From positions 1,897,745-1,961,744 of the forward strand of contig CM082591.2 in assembly GCA_040954595.2 (NCBI GenBank): 64,000 nt of DNA, written 5' to 3'. Below the pieces are notes generated by a model. That model had not been told where the DNA came from. It saw only the letters and a list, made by a program, of their open reading frames with translations, and did not search any database. This document shows positions 28,011 to 37,752 of this stretch, in pieces. The position numbers were made by a program, and so were the translations under genes. This stretch comes from Balanoglossus misakiensis (lineage: Eukaryota; Animalia; Hemichordata). Each line of letters starts with the position of its first letter. Positions within the stretch are counted from its first letter, which is position 1.

Positions 28011-31000
28011 TAATACTGGGACGTAGAGCTCATGTATAGAGTGAATAATAAACATTAGTTTTCGCAGCAGTAGAATTAGTTAAAATATCCGAGATATTTT
28101 GTTTTTAGCTGTCAATTGGATGGTCTCCCCATTGTTAGTGTAGTCAGTGTGAAAAATTACTTTCTGAACATCAAAGAGAGGTCGTATGACAGCTTTGAAG
28201 GAAATTGAACAGATCACACAGGAGCAGAGCCTGTGATTGTGTAATGGAAGCCTAAAGCAATCAAAGTCTCATGCTGTGCGCAGCTTAGTTTCTTGGTTAG
28301 TGATATTTTATACAACATAGGTGAGGCGAGGTTTTCCAATTTGTATTCATGTCATAGGGATTGTTTGTGTGACTATTTTGTGTGTTCGAAATCAACTTGT
28401 AAAAAACATTGATGACTCCAGCAAATTTTGACTTCGCACGCTAATTGTGTATTGGCTGCGTGCTTGTGGAAGGTCGAAGGTCACTTTGGCGCTGAAAGTT
28501 CAGAAGTTCATTGGTATTTTTGGTTGCATTAATGAATTTTGACGCCTTGCTCCTTGCAAATAACTTGCATTGCAGACAGAGTACCCTTTGTTGAACTCTG
28601 CTTGGAATAAAACTTCTGAAAAATGTCAAGTCACTGTGGGGTCAGTTTGCAAGGGGTTAATGCACCATGTTGTTAGGCATATCATTATCAATGTGGAAAT
28701 AACTTGTATTAAAATTTCCCTTTGCGAGTAGATGCAGTTATTTCAGAATGCTGCACATCAGTTTTGTTTGTCATTCTGTGAAAACAATGGGGGAGATGGC
28801 GTGAGAAGCAGAGTCTGAGAGGTATATGGCGTGAGAGATAACTGGCCGTACGCTCAATGAATGATGTTCTCAGCGTCACGGCGACGCTTTCCAAAGCATT
28901 GTGCTGCGTGTTTGTCTCTGATAATGGATGATGGGACCTGAAATGAACAAAACAGAAAGAAAAACAAAGTAATTTTATAAATTGAGCTGTTTGTCTTCGA
29001 CGAGTCCGGCAAAAAGCCAAATGGCTTGTAATTGCAGTGAGGTAATCTTGCGTCTCAAAATTTGTGCTTAATGTAGTTATGCTACAAAGGGCAATAACAC
29101 CTGTTAGTGTGGGAATCTGTCCTCCTGCCTTGATGTGACATAACCCCCCTCCCCCCTCCCCCCCTGCCTGGGTTATCCCATTACGTTTAGAGGCTATTGA
29201 CATGGTACGACCTCTGGTGATGCTTTCTCCAAGACACGGAACTGGCGCCAAATTTCTTCCGTAGTTTGACATTTTAGTGATAAGTACTGTTCGTGGGAAA
29301 TCTTAAATATCGTGATGTGAGTGTCGTGTATTGTGAGTGCACCACATCTTAAAATGAAAAGCGTATCCCCCCCCCCTTCCTCCTCCATGTCCGTGGGATT
29401 GACATGTCAACTAAATGGGGTTAAACACACAAGTCATGGTACAACGGAACTACAATGACTGATGTCTTGAGGGTAACGTGATCAAAAAGATTAAAGAAAG
29501 GGTGAACAAACTCTCAGATTTGCAGCGTCAAAATTCAACCATGATACGGTGTAGAAACATCCGTTTGACCGATTGGGGGTCCGGTCATCTGAAGGTCCTT
29601 GGCACTTCAGTCCTAACTGGTCACCCATCATTCTGACACTCATAAATCTACCCTCAGCAGATGGGTCTGCTTGTCTGAAACTATCGATGCATGCAACGTC
29701 CCACATACGAAACAAGGCGCATTTGTGTTTTGTCCTTATTGACTTTGCTTGAGGGGGCGGGGGCAGTAAGCATTTATTTAACCATCTTTAAAATTTTACA
29801 TTCCTCCGACCTCAGAATGAATCTCCAAATGTGGGTGTCTTGTTAGTTGTATCAAACTGTGGGGTTATTGATGTCACATTGTGTGGGACACATTGTGGTG
29901 GTCCAGTGGTGTGTTTTTCGCTGTGTTGTGACGCATTATTTGCGAAATGTAGACGAACCCCCAACAGCAGAGATATGAATTCCAGTGGTCTTGTAACCAG
30001 ATATGGAGTGAAGTTATGTTTTGAAATTTCATGTCAACAACACCATCTTTGGATTGGTTGTTTTCCGAAATAGGTTTTGAGAGCAAAACAATTTCTGTCC
30101 CCAACAATACTTTAGTTTTCATCCCCTAGAATTCTGCCATTGTAGACCATGGAGATTTTGCAAAACTACCTGTGGCCATGCCTTCACTGTGGGTGAAAAA
30201 CCATATATTTCATGTCATGAGGTGGACACAGCTATCAGGGAAAGTTGGCCAACATGTAAATGCAGATTAGGATAACTTTGTGTGACTGGCAGGACATTTA
30301 TTTAAACATAATTAAACAATACCTGCGGTTGTCATAGAAGTTAAATTTGTGCACACTCATAGCCATCAGAATATTTCATTTTTATCACCAAATATTTATT
30401 GCATTGTGAACATTTCATTTTTATCACCAGATATTTATTGCATTGTTGACATTTGTCAGATTTGGTCAATAATGGTGGTACTTTTTATCATGTGTCCACT
30501 TTGTCATGCTATAAAGCATTGTGGACAAATGTTGTGTTAATGATAATGGACAATGTGAGTGGTCTGTCTGTTGCATCACGCCATGTGGCCGTGGTTTTGT
30601 CCATTGTTTCGAATTCGAGCCTTTGTTTTTTGTCACCTTTCACCACAAATGTTGTATCGGTCAGTTTGACCATTGATAAAAGTTGTGTCTTAAATAGTAG
30701 TTTTGGCCATAGGTTACATTATGACCCCCCACCCCCACCCCACCCCCAGTGTAGTGCACTCTGAGCTATGTGTAAGAATACCCCTCTCTTGACCCTTTCA
30801 CTGCCATGATTTGGCCCAAATCCATTGTTTTCTATGGTAAGTTGGACCATCTAAAAGAGGAACTGGGGGTGAAAGGATTAAAACCTACATCCTTGACCTC
30901 ACGCTTCAAAAAATGCTCACTTTCTCTTATTTATTGTTTTTCATTGTAGGAGCGTTTCTCATTCCCTACTTCATCATGTTACTGGGTGCTGGTGCCCCCC

Positions 31001-34000
31001 TCTTGATCCTTGAGGTTGGTCTGGGTCAGTTCATGAGCCAAGGAGGTATCACAGCCTGGCGGATGTGCCCACTTTTTCAAGGTAAGGAAACCCAGTTGCC
31101 ATCCACTGAAGCAATAGAGGGCGCTGTCGATTACGATTACGTTAAATCGAACATTCCTCGACCCTACCACAGTGTTTCTAGAGAATTTAATGATTTACAA
31201 GAAGCAAATGAAACTTGGACATGTATTAAAGTCACTCTCCTCATAACTTTGTCCTGTTATGATATTAAACTCAATAAAACGTTATTCATAAGGGCGAAAC
31301 AACACTTTATTATAATAATTAATATGCTCGTTTCTCTAGGCATTGGTGTTGCCAACACGATCATCGTCCAGTGGTTGAACATCTACTATGTTGTGATCCT
31401 GGCCTGGGCTCTGTATTACATGGCCATGTCGTTCCGTTCCGAACTCCCTTGGAACACGTGCGGTCATGAATGGAACACTCCGAACTGTGTCGATGATTAT
31501 GTCACAAACATGAATTCGACAAACTCCACATTCAACGGGACTCACCCAGTACCATCCATTGTTGAATTCTGGGAGTACGTAATAACTTTACTATTACATT
31601 TTAACCGTAGGGTTGGTAGAAATCTATGTAGTTGATATATATGCAAAATCAATCAATCAAAGTTTATAACGCCAATTTCCAAGACAACTGTTTGTGGATC
31701 TTTTATTCATTAATTCCAACATCATATTTTTTTGTAGGAGGAAAGCTTTGAAACTGTCGGATGGTATCGAAGATATGGGTACAGTGAACTGGGAGATGGC
31801 TATTGCTCTGATTGTAGCTTGGATTTTAGTTTATCTGTGTGTGTTCAAGGGTGTCAAATCTACAGGCAGAGTAAGTATTCTGGTTAAAATTAAAATATAA
31901 GTTATGAAATCAGACTGGAGTTGTTAACCCTTTCACCCCCAGTTCCCTCTATAGAGGTCCAACATTACCGTAGAAAACAATGGATTTAGACCAGAGCATT
32001 GTGGTTGAGAGGATCTGTTTGTTGATACTTCGATGCATGTGAAATCTTTGAGGAGCCACCTAACAGAAATCTTGTTGTTTTCTTTTGTATTTTGCAGGTT
32101 GTGTATTTCACTGCCACTTTTCCGTACGTTCTGCTTGTCATCCTCTGCATCCGTGCAGTAACTCTTCCCGGAGCTGCAGATGGAATTATCTTCTATGTGA
32201 AGCCGGATATTGAAAAGCTGAAGGACAGTCAGGTATGATGGACAAGCGGTGTTTTTCATGAGTCGCTGTTTAATTTCCCAGTTTAATTTTGGGATGAATA
32301 AAGTAGTATTCACTTGATTCACTATGGAGACCTAGGATGGGAATTGCTAGTTTAAAATGACACCAAACTTCTAATGTTTGCCCCCTCTCTCTCCAATATC
32401 ATTCCAAACTTTTGTCCTTTTCCGCAGGTATGGATTGATGCCGGCACCCAGATTTTCTTCTCGTATTCCATTGGTTTGGGAACGCTGGTCGCATTGGGAA
32501 GCTACAACAAATTCCGTAACAACTTCTACAGGTCAGTAATGTCAGGGTTGTGTTCTGAATTCCTGAATATATTTGTCGCTTGTGTAGTGGTCGAGTTACA
32601 GGTTGCGAAAGCCGTGGTCAAGATCGATTGTTAACACGCCTTTTTTGTTGATGTTTTCAGGGATTGCATTATATTCGCCTGCTTCAACAGCGGTACAAGT
32701 ATCTTCGGCGGTTTTGTCATTTTCTCGACGCTTGGATTCATGGCGAACAAGTACGGTGTACCAGTTGGAGAAGTCGCGAAATCAGGTACGGCAGCCATAC
32801 TGGAAAAGTTTCGATCTGCTAAGCTTTTATAAAGTGGGATAACAAGTTTTTTACTTAATCTGCACTCGTATGTACTGCAGGGGCTGAGTTTCTCAGTCTT
32901 GATCTTCAATGACATTTTGAATATGCTTAAACCACACAGGTCCGGGTCTGGCTTTTATCGCGTATCCAGCTGCAGTCGCAGAGATGCCTGTGTCCCCATT
33001 ATGGTCCATCCTCTTCTTCTTTATGGTGATACTTCTAGGCTTGGATAGCGAGGTATTCATAAAAACGAACAAAATTCTCTCAGTCAAAAAAAAAAAAAAA
33101 AAAAAAAAAAAAAGATTTCCTTCAGTGAGAGTGCAAACTAATATGTGGGGCTTCAACTGGTTCTAACGAGTCTTGTAAAATATTCTCTCTCTGCGTTTTG
33201 GCATAGTGTAGATGATCATGTTGTTTAGAGCAGAATTCTCTTCCCCTCATGATTAAAACATTCCTTTTCAGGTCAAATTCTTCAACTCGACTTCATAGAT
33301 TTCACTAAATCATTGAAAACAGAAAACATGACGATTTGACTATGAAAAATTCGGATTAGATGCGGCGTTTTGTTGTAAAGAATTATGTGTCCCTGTTCTG
33401 CTCAACTTGAGTGACAATAATTTGGATTACGTTTGGTGATTGTTGCTGCTGTATCACTCCCAATACTTCAAACGTTCACTGACATTTCAATTGTACAAAA
33501 GACTTCCAGTGTTTGTGTGAAATTTGCCACAATGTAACATTTTGCAGCAACACTGTTACACTTTGCTCCATTGTTCAGGCTGTGCCTGCAACACTGTGTT
33601 TGTTGTGGATACATGCTGCAACACATTGTAACATTATTGCAAAGGACTTTGCAAATGCTGCAACAGTGTGGCAATTTGGTGCAACATTGTCACAGTTTGT
33701 TTGGCACACAGAATATTTTCATCAAAACCATCTCTTGCAGTGACAAACACAACGTGTATTCCTATTATACAGTTACAAAGAACATACAAAACATTCCTAA
33801 AGCATTTTGTTGTAGGATTCTTATGATTTAGCTCAAAAAGCTTTTATGTGGCATCAGATTATTTGAAACGTTATGACCACTCAAAAATGTCTATGTAGTT
33901 CTAATAGTTCTTCAAAACCTGTTATTGAAATTAGTCAATTCTCAATAACTGGGGTTCTCATATCTAACTTTGCTCTCTATTTACGACTAACTTGAAAATA

Positions 34001-37000
34001 ACTTTATGTATTTCTAACTCTGATAACACAGTGTGCTCACAAGTTTCTTGTTGTTGGACATTTAATTCAAAATTACATGGAAGTAAGATGACGAATTTGT
34101 TAACATCAAAGAGTTGGACTAAAGGCTTCTCGCCTATAACACAGCAAAGGTGTGGATTCTCAGAAACTTTTGCATAATTTCTGACTTAGTGTTTTTTTTG
34201 TGTTTGTTTCTTTGCAGTTTGTTGGCGTTGAGGGTTTTGTGACGGCTATCTGCGATCTCTTCCCACAATATCTCCGTGTCGGAACGTATAGGAAGCCTCT
34301 GTTTATCCTGGGATGTTGTATCTTCTGGTTCATAATTGGATTGGTCCTCATAATGAATGTAAGTCACTACATCCATACAAATATATTCTCAAGTATGATG
34401 CTTTATAGCATGTGAATAAAATTATGATAAAACTGACAAAAATTAGAGAAATAAACCTCTCTCATCATTGATTGCAGGGTGGAATGTACGTGTTCCAGAT
34501 ATTTGACTACTATTCTGCAAGTGGTATTGCTCTGCTCTGGGTTTCATTTTTCCAAGCTGTCGCTGTTGGATGGGTTTATGGTGAGTCCTTGTTGTCTCGA
34601 CACTCCGACCTCATGACTCGTCTTCTGAAATTAACAAGCCAATCAATGTGGCTTTTGCATTGAAGTCTTGTATATCTCACAACCGTCATGGTATTTTCTC
34701 TGTCATAGGTCCAAAACGCATGTACGACCACTTTGAGCACATGTTGGGCTGGAGACCAGACCCATGGAACATGATTTGCTGGGTTTTCTTCACTCCTGCT
34801 CTCTGTGCCGTAAGTATGCAAATACTATAATACTGTTTACGGTTAGGGTTTGAAATACTGATACACACTTTGCCAATATTCTGCTACTCTGTGATATAGA
34901 TAGATATATGTGGAAATAATAATATTGACCATGACGCAATCATGTGTTCTGTTCTATTACAGGGTATCTTCATCTTTAGCTGTGTGGAGTACAGTCCGTT
35001 GACCTATTCACGTTCCTGGGGAGAATATCACTACCCTAACTGGGCTATTGCTCTCGGGTGGGTTATGGCGCTGTCATCAATTATTTGCATACCCATCGTT
35101 GCTGCCGTCAAACTGATCATGGCGAAAGGAACATTAGCTGAGGTAAGCTTTGCTCATCCTGGGAGCTTGTAGGGATAAGGCATATAACAACATTCCTAGC
35201 TGTTTCCCTAGATATGTTGAAAGTTTGGTGTATGTTGTTGAAAATAACTGGGTTTGGACTGAACCGTGGTGAAGGGTTAAGTCTTGATAATTGTTATTAC
35301 GAACTTTGATTTTTTAAAAGTGTACCACTGTTATTCACTTTTCATTTTGGCGATTGAAATAAAATGTTCTGTTTTTCTATTTGCAGCGTTTCCGTTCAGC
35401 AACTGTGCCAAAACTCAAACCTCACCAGCTGAGTCACCCACAGGACGTTACCATGACAACAGTCAGTGTGAACTGCGACCCAGCAACTATGGACGACAAA
35501 CCACCACCGTATAATAACGGGTTCAGCAATCACATAAAGGACGACAACATCGCACACATGGAACCGTTGGCGAGAACCAGAAACGACGATTTCGTACCTC
35601 AGTAAGTAAACAACCGCAAAACGTTGGTGGTTGGAGAGAAAAGTGGATGGAAATCTTGTATCGTCTTGGTGAACTTTGACCTTTGCATGGGGTTTCGTCT
35701 CGTCTCTCTGGAACTCACTTAACCCTGGCCATTTGTTTGAAACTACAAGCGGATGTTTTTCATGTTTTCATGCGAGACTAAACACTTTCCTGTGTCTGTT
35801 ACAAGATACACTTATCTTAAATACAGAAGACCAAAATTGTCTTTGTAACATAAAATGTAAACTAAACAGAAAATATTAAACCTGTTGTACACAAATATTA
35901 ATCGAACAGTACATGTATGTTCTAACACAATTATATGTATGTCAAATTTGTACTTAAATTTTTACGCTTAACCGAATCAACCACATGTCGAAAGAAAGCA
36001 CGTTTTATATTTAACCAATTCACCCTGATGTGTGGGTGTAATATTATTTTCCATGTAATAAGATCTTTTACGAGGCTGAATGGGTGAAGAATAATCTGCA
36101 ACCCTTAACAAAGTTGTATATTTATTGTGTACCACATCACTAGGGTGTAAAGAATCTTTTTATTTCAATCACTGCAGAGTTCACACAGTCCTCGATTTGT
36201 AGAGCCTGAATTTTTCCTGTCAAAAATCTGGAATTTTCAGAGATTGTGTGAACTCTGGAGATTTGCACGTATCGGTCTTTCAAGGGTTGCACGAACTATC
36301 GGTCTTTCAACGATCAACAATACTAAAAGGAAACGTTGCCTTGTGCATGTGCCTATCTCTGTACATGTATATCTCTGATAGAATCGTAACAAGAAAATGT
36401 CTTCGCCATAACTTAAATAGAAATTTGGCAATTTCTGTAACTACCAGTACACCAAGAGTTTTAAATGTATACAATTTAATTTTGTTAATTTTGGAGTAGC
36501 CTTGTGACCATATACAACATTCTACAACACTCATCAAGGTTATGGTGGTCTAACAGCAACTATGACTAAATAGACTAGTTTTGTTATAAATTGTACTTCA
36601 TTCAACAAAATTTAGTTATTATCCTGGGCATCTGTAACTCTACACATTGTAGAAATCGCAGCGGGATTTGCGATGTTTGCATTAAAAAAATTGCATTTGC
36701 TGCAAAAATGGCATTTTAACATGCAGGGTAGGTTATATGAAATGGCATCAGAATGTCTTGGGTTCAAAAGCATTTAGGCATAAGGTAGTCTAGACTGGCA
36801 GCAAATTTTATCTAATGAAATTGCGAGAAAAAAATCTTCTCTCAAGTGTCCTATTTACATGTACCGTACACATGAAGATTGCCCTTATTATACGACAGAA
36901 TCTTTGGACTCATTTACCATGAGACCCCTTGTCTTGATGTATAATTCTTTTGTATTCTTCAAAGAAAAAAATGAGAAAAATTCAACTCAATATATTGTAT

Positions 37001-37635
37001 GCAAGCGGTCCAAACATTTACATATTTGTTTTTCAGTATTGCCAGAACTAATTTTTTTTAAATTTTGTATGTATTCTCGAAAATATATATGAAAGCAAAT
37101 ATGACGAATATGTAATTTGCATGCAACCCCCCTCCCCTTCAGTAGATATTGCTTGTGCCAATCATGTAAATGCCAACTTTTTGAGACATGATCGAAGAAT
37201 TGCTCACTGCGATCCCACCCCTGAGTCACCATAAAGCCAGTTCTATACCCTTTCACCACATTGGTTTGGTCCAAAGCCATTGTTTCCTATGGGAAAACTG
37301 GACCTCTAAACAGTGAAACGGGGGTGAAAGGGTTGAACCTGTGCATTGCAACTTCCACAATTTGCCCGATCTCTCCCCATTTCGAAACTGACGATTTCAT
37401 CACTGAATGCTTGCTATGGAACATATCAATAATTTACTAACACAGCATACTTTTCGCACTAACCATTCCCGGATAATCTAACATCGTAATATGAATCACG
37501 TTGATGCTTATAGATCCTATTCCCCTCCCCCCATATCATGATCTTTTTCTGATCTGTGTTTTTTTCCATACTTGTTTCCCTTTCAGAAGCAACGGTAGAG
37601 TACACAACGATATCCAGTACATATCTGGAGTGTAG
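18390..37635 (+). CDS. SLC6 Na+/Cl--dependent transporter, GABA/taurine/creatine subfamily, paralog A (14 coding exons, 660 aa)
   Basis: join(18390-18606,30950-31081,31340-31574,31738-31870,32098-32232,32428-32531,32661-32785,32940-33052,34218-34358,34478-34580,34709-34809,34963-35142,35387-35601,37587-37635) = 1983 nt. All introns GT-AG and frame continuous. Motifs [58 protein letters not shown], and TM10 FDYYSASG (GABA-subfamily type). Confidence 0.95.
20632..20875 (+). promoter_or_regulatory. Conserved non-coding element in A intron 1 (homologous to 58069-58290 in B)
   Basis: Shared words GGCATTGTG, CATGCATGACAACA, AAGGCCAAACCT, TGTCAACAGCTAAGG, TGACTGTGTTAGGGATACT. Confidence 0.7.
25055..25232. 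mobile_element. Possible short MITE with poly-G/poly-C subterminal tracts
   Basis: TAAGGGAGC...AATT-G(n) at left and C(n)...AATAATGAAATTTCCCTAA at right form imperfect inverted ends; similar left end at 62764 (TTAGGGAGCTTTCATTAATTATGG). Confidence 0.35.
27936..28010. repeat. Compound GA/GATGT/GACA microsatellite
   Basis: agagagatgtgagagatgagggagagatgtgagagatgagagagagacagacagacagacaga... Confidence 0.9.
30373..30453. repeat. 39-bp tandem duplication
   Basis: ATTTCATTTTTATCACCA(A/G)ATATTTATTGCATTGT repeated twice. Confidence 0.85.
30789..30881. mobile_element. MITE copy, same family (A intron 1)
   Basis: CCCTTTCAC...CCATTGTTTTCTATGGTAAGTTGGACC...GGGGGTGAAAGG-ATTAA. Confidence 0.75.
30950..31081 (+). 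CDS. SLC6 paralog A exon 2 (TM2)
   Basis: [43 protein letters not shown]; AG/GT boundaries. Confidence 0.95.
31340..31574 (+). CDS. SLC6 paralog A exon 3 (TM3, EL2)
   Basis: [17 protein letters not shown]...[15 protein letters not shown]...SIVEFWE. Confidence 0.95.
31738..31870 (+). CDS. SLC6 paralog A exon 4
   Basis: [14 protein letters not shown]...[11 protein letters not shown]. Confidence 0.95.
31924..32012. mobile_element. MITE copy (A intron 4)
   Basis: TTAACCCTTTCACCCCCAGTTCCCTCTATAGAGGTCCAAC...GAAAACAATGG. Confidence 0.75.
32098..32232 (+). CDS. SLC6 paralog A exon 5
   Basis: [45 protein letters not shown]. Confidence 0.95.
32428..32531 (+). CDS. SLC6 paralog A exon 6 (TM6)
   Basis: [35 protein letters not shown]. 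Confidence 0.95.
32661..32785 (+). CDS. SLC6 paralog A exon 7 (TM7)
   Basis: [41 protein letters not shown]. Confidence 0.95.
32940..33052 (+). CDS. SLC6 paralog A exon 8
   Basis: [38 protein letters not shown]. Confidence 0.95.
33086..33113 (+). repeat. A28 homopolymer in A intron 8
   Basis: 28 consecutive A. Confidence 0.9.
33525..33695. repeat. Degenerate TGCAACA-rich repeat in A intron 8
   Basis: Recurrent GCAACAC/TGCAACA/TGTAACA words; absent from the 119-bp intron 8 of B. Confidence 0.5.
34218..34358 (+). CDS. SLC6 paralog A exon 9
   Basis: [47 protein letters not shown]. Confidence 0.95.
34478..34580 (+). CDS. SLC6 paralog A exon 10 (TM10)
   Basis: [34 protein letters not shown]. 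Confidence 0.95.
34709..34809 (+). CDS. SLC6 paralog A exon 11
   Basis: [34 protein letters not shown]. Confidence 0.95.
34963..35142 (+). CDS. SLC6 paralog A exon 12 (TM12)
   Basis: [44 protein letters not shown]...KGTLAE. Confidence 0.95.
35248..35280. mobile_element. MITE fragment (A intron 12)
   Basis: TTGGACTGAACCGTGGTGAAGGGTTAA, right end only. Confidence 0.5.
35387..35601 (+). CDS. SLC6 paralog A exon 13 (cytoplasmic tail)
   Basis: RFRSATVPK...KPPPY...NDDFVPQ; ends at CA|GTAAGT donor (the unspliced frame stops at 35605). Confidence 0.9.
37244..37336. mobile_element. MITE copy (A intron 13)
   Basis: ACCCTTTCACC...CCATTGTTTCCTATGG...GGACCTCTA...GGGGTGAAAGGGTTGA. Confidence 0.75.
37587..37635 (+). 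CDS. SLC6 paralog A terminal exon 14 ([15 protein letters not shown])
   Basis: Pyrimidine tract ttttttccatacttgtttccctttcAG; phase matches exon 13 donor; homologous exon in paralog B ends in identical QYISGV*. Confidence 0.85.
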
Positions 37636-37746
37636 CGACAATCTTCCCTGCCAGCACTTTTCTTAGGACACTTTTTTTTTCACATGCTTGCCACCGTGTC
37701 TTGCATGATTCATTGCCATTATTTTTCTATTTTGTAAGAAAACTTT

Positions 37747-37752
37747 AATAAA
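37747..37752 (+). terminator. Candidate proximal polyadenylation signal of gene A
   Basis: AATAAA 112 nt after the exon 14 stop; homology with the B UTR continues beyond it, so a longer UTR is also likely. Confidence 0.35.

Noticed and set aside
28709-29272. 187-aa minus-strand ORF in A intron 1
   Set aside because: No motif; spans a poly-C tract; treated as a chance ORF.
30913-31635. 240-aa ORF as a single exon
   Set aside because: It is exons 2 and 3 joined by a stop-free 258-nt intron with canonical GT-AG sites; paralog B has the same exon boundaries with an unrelated intron.
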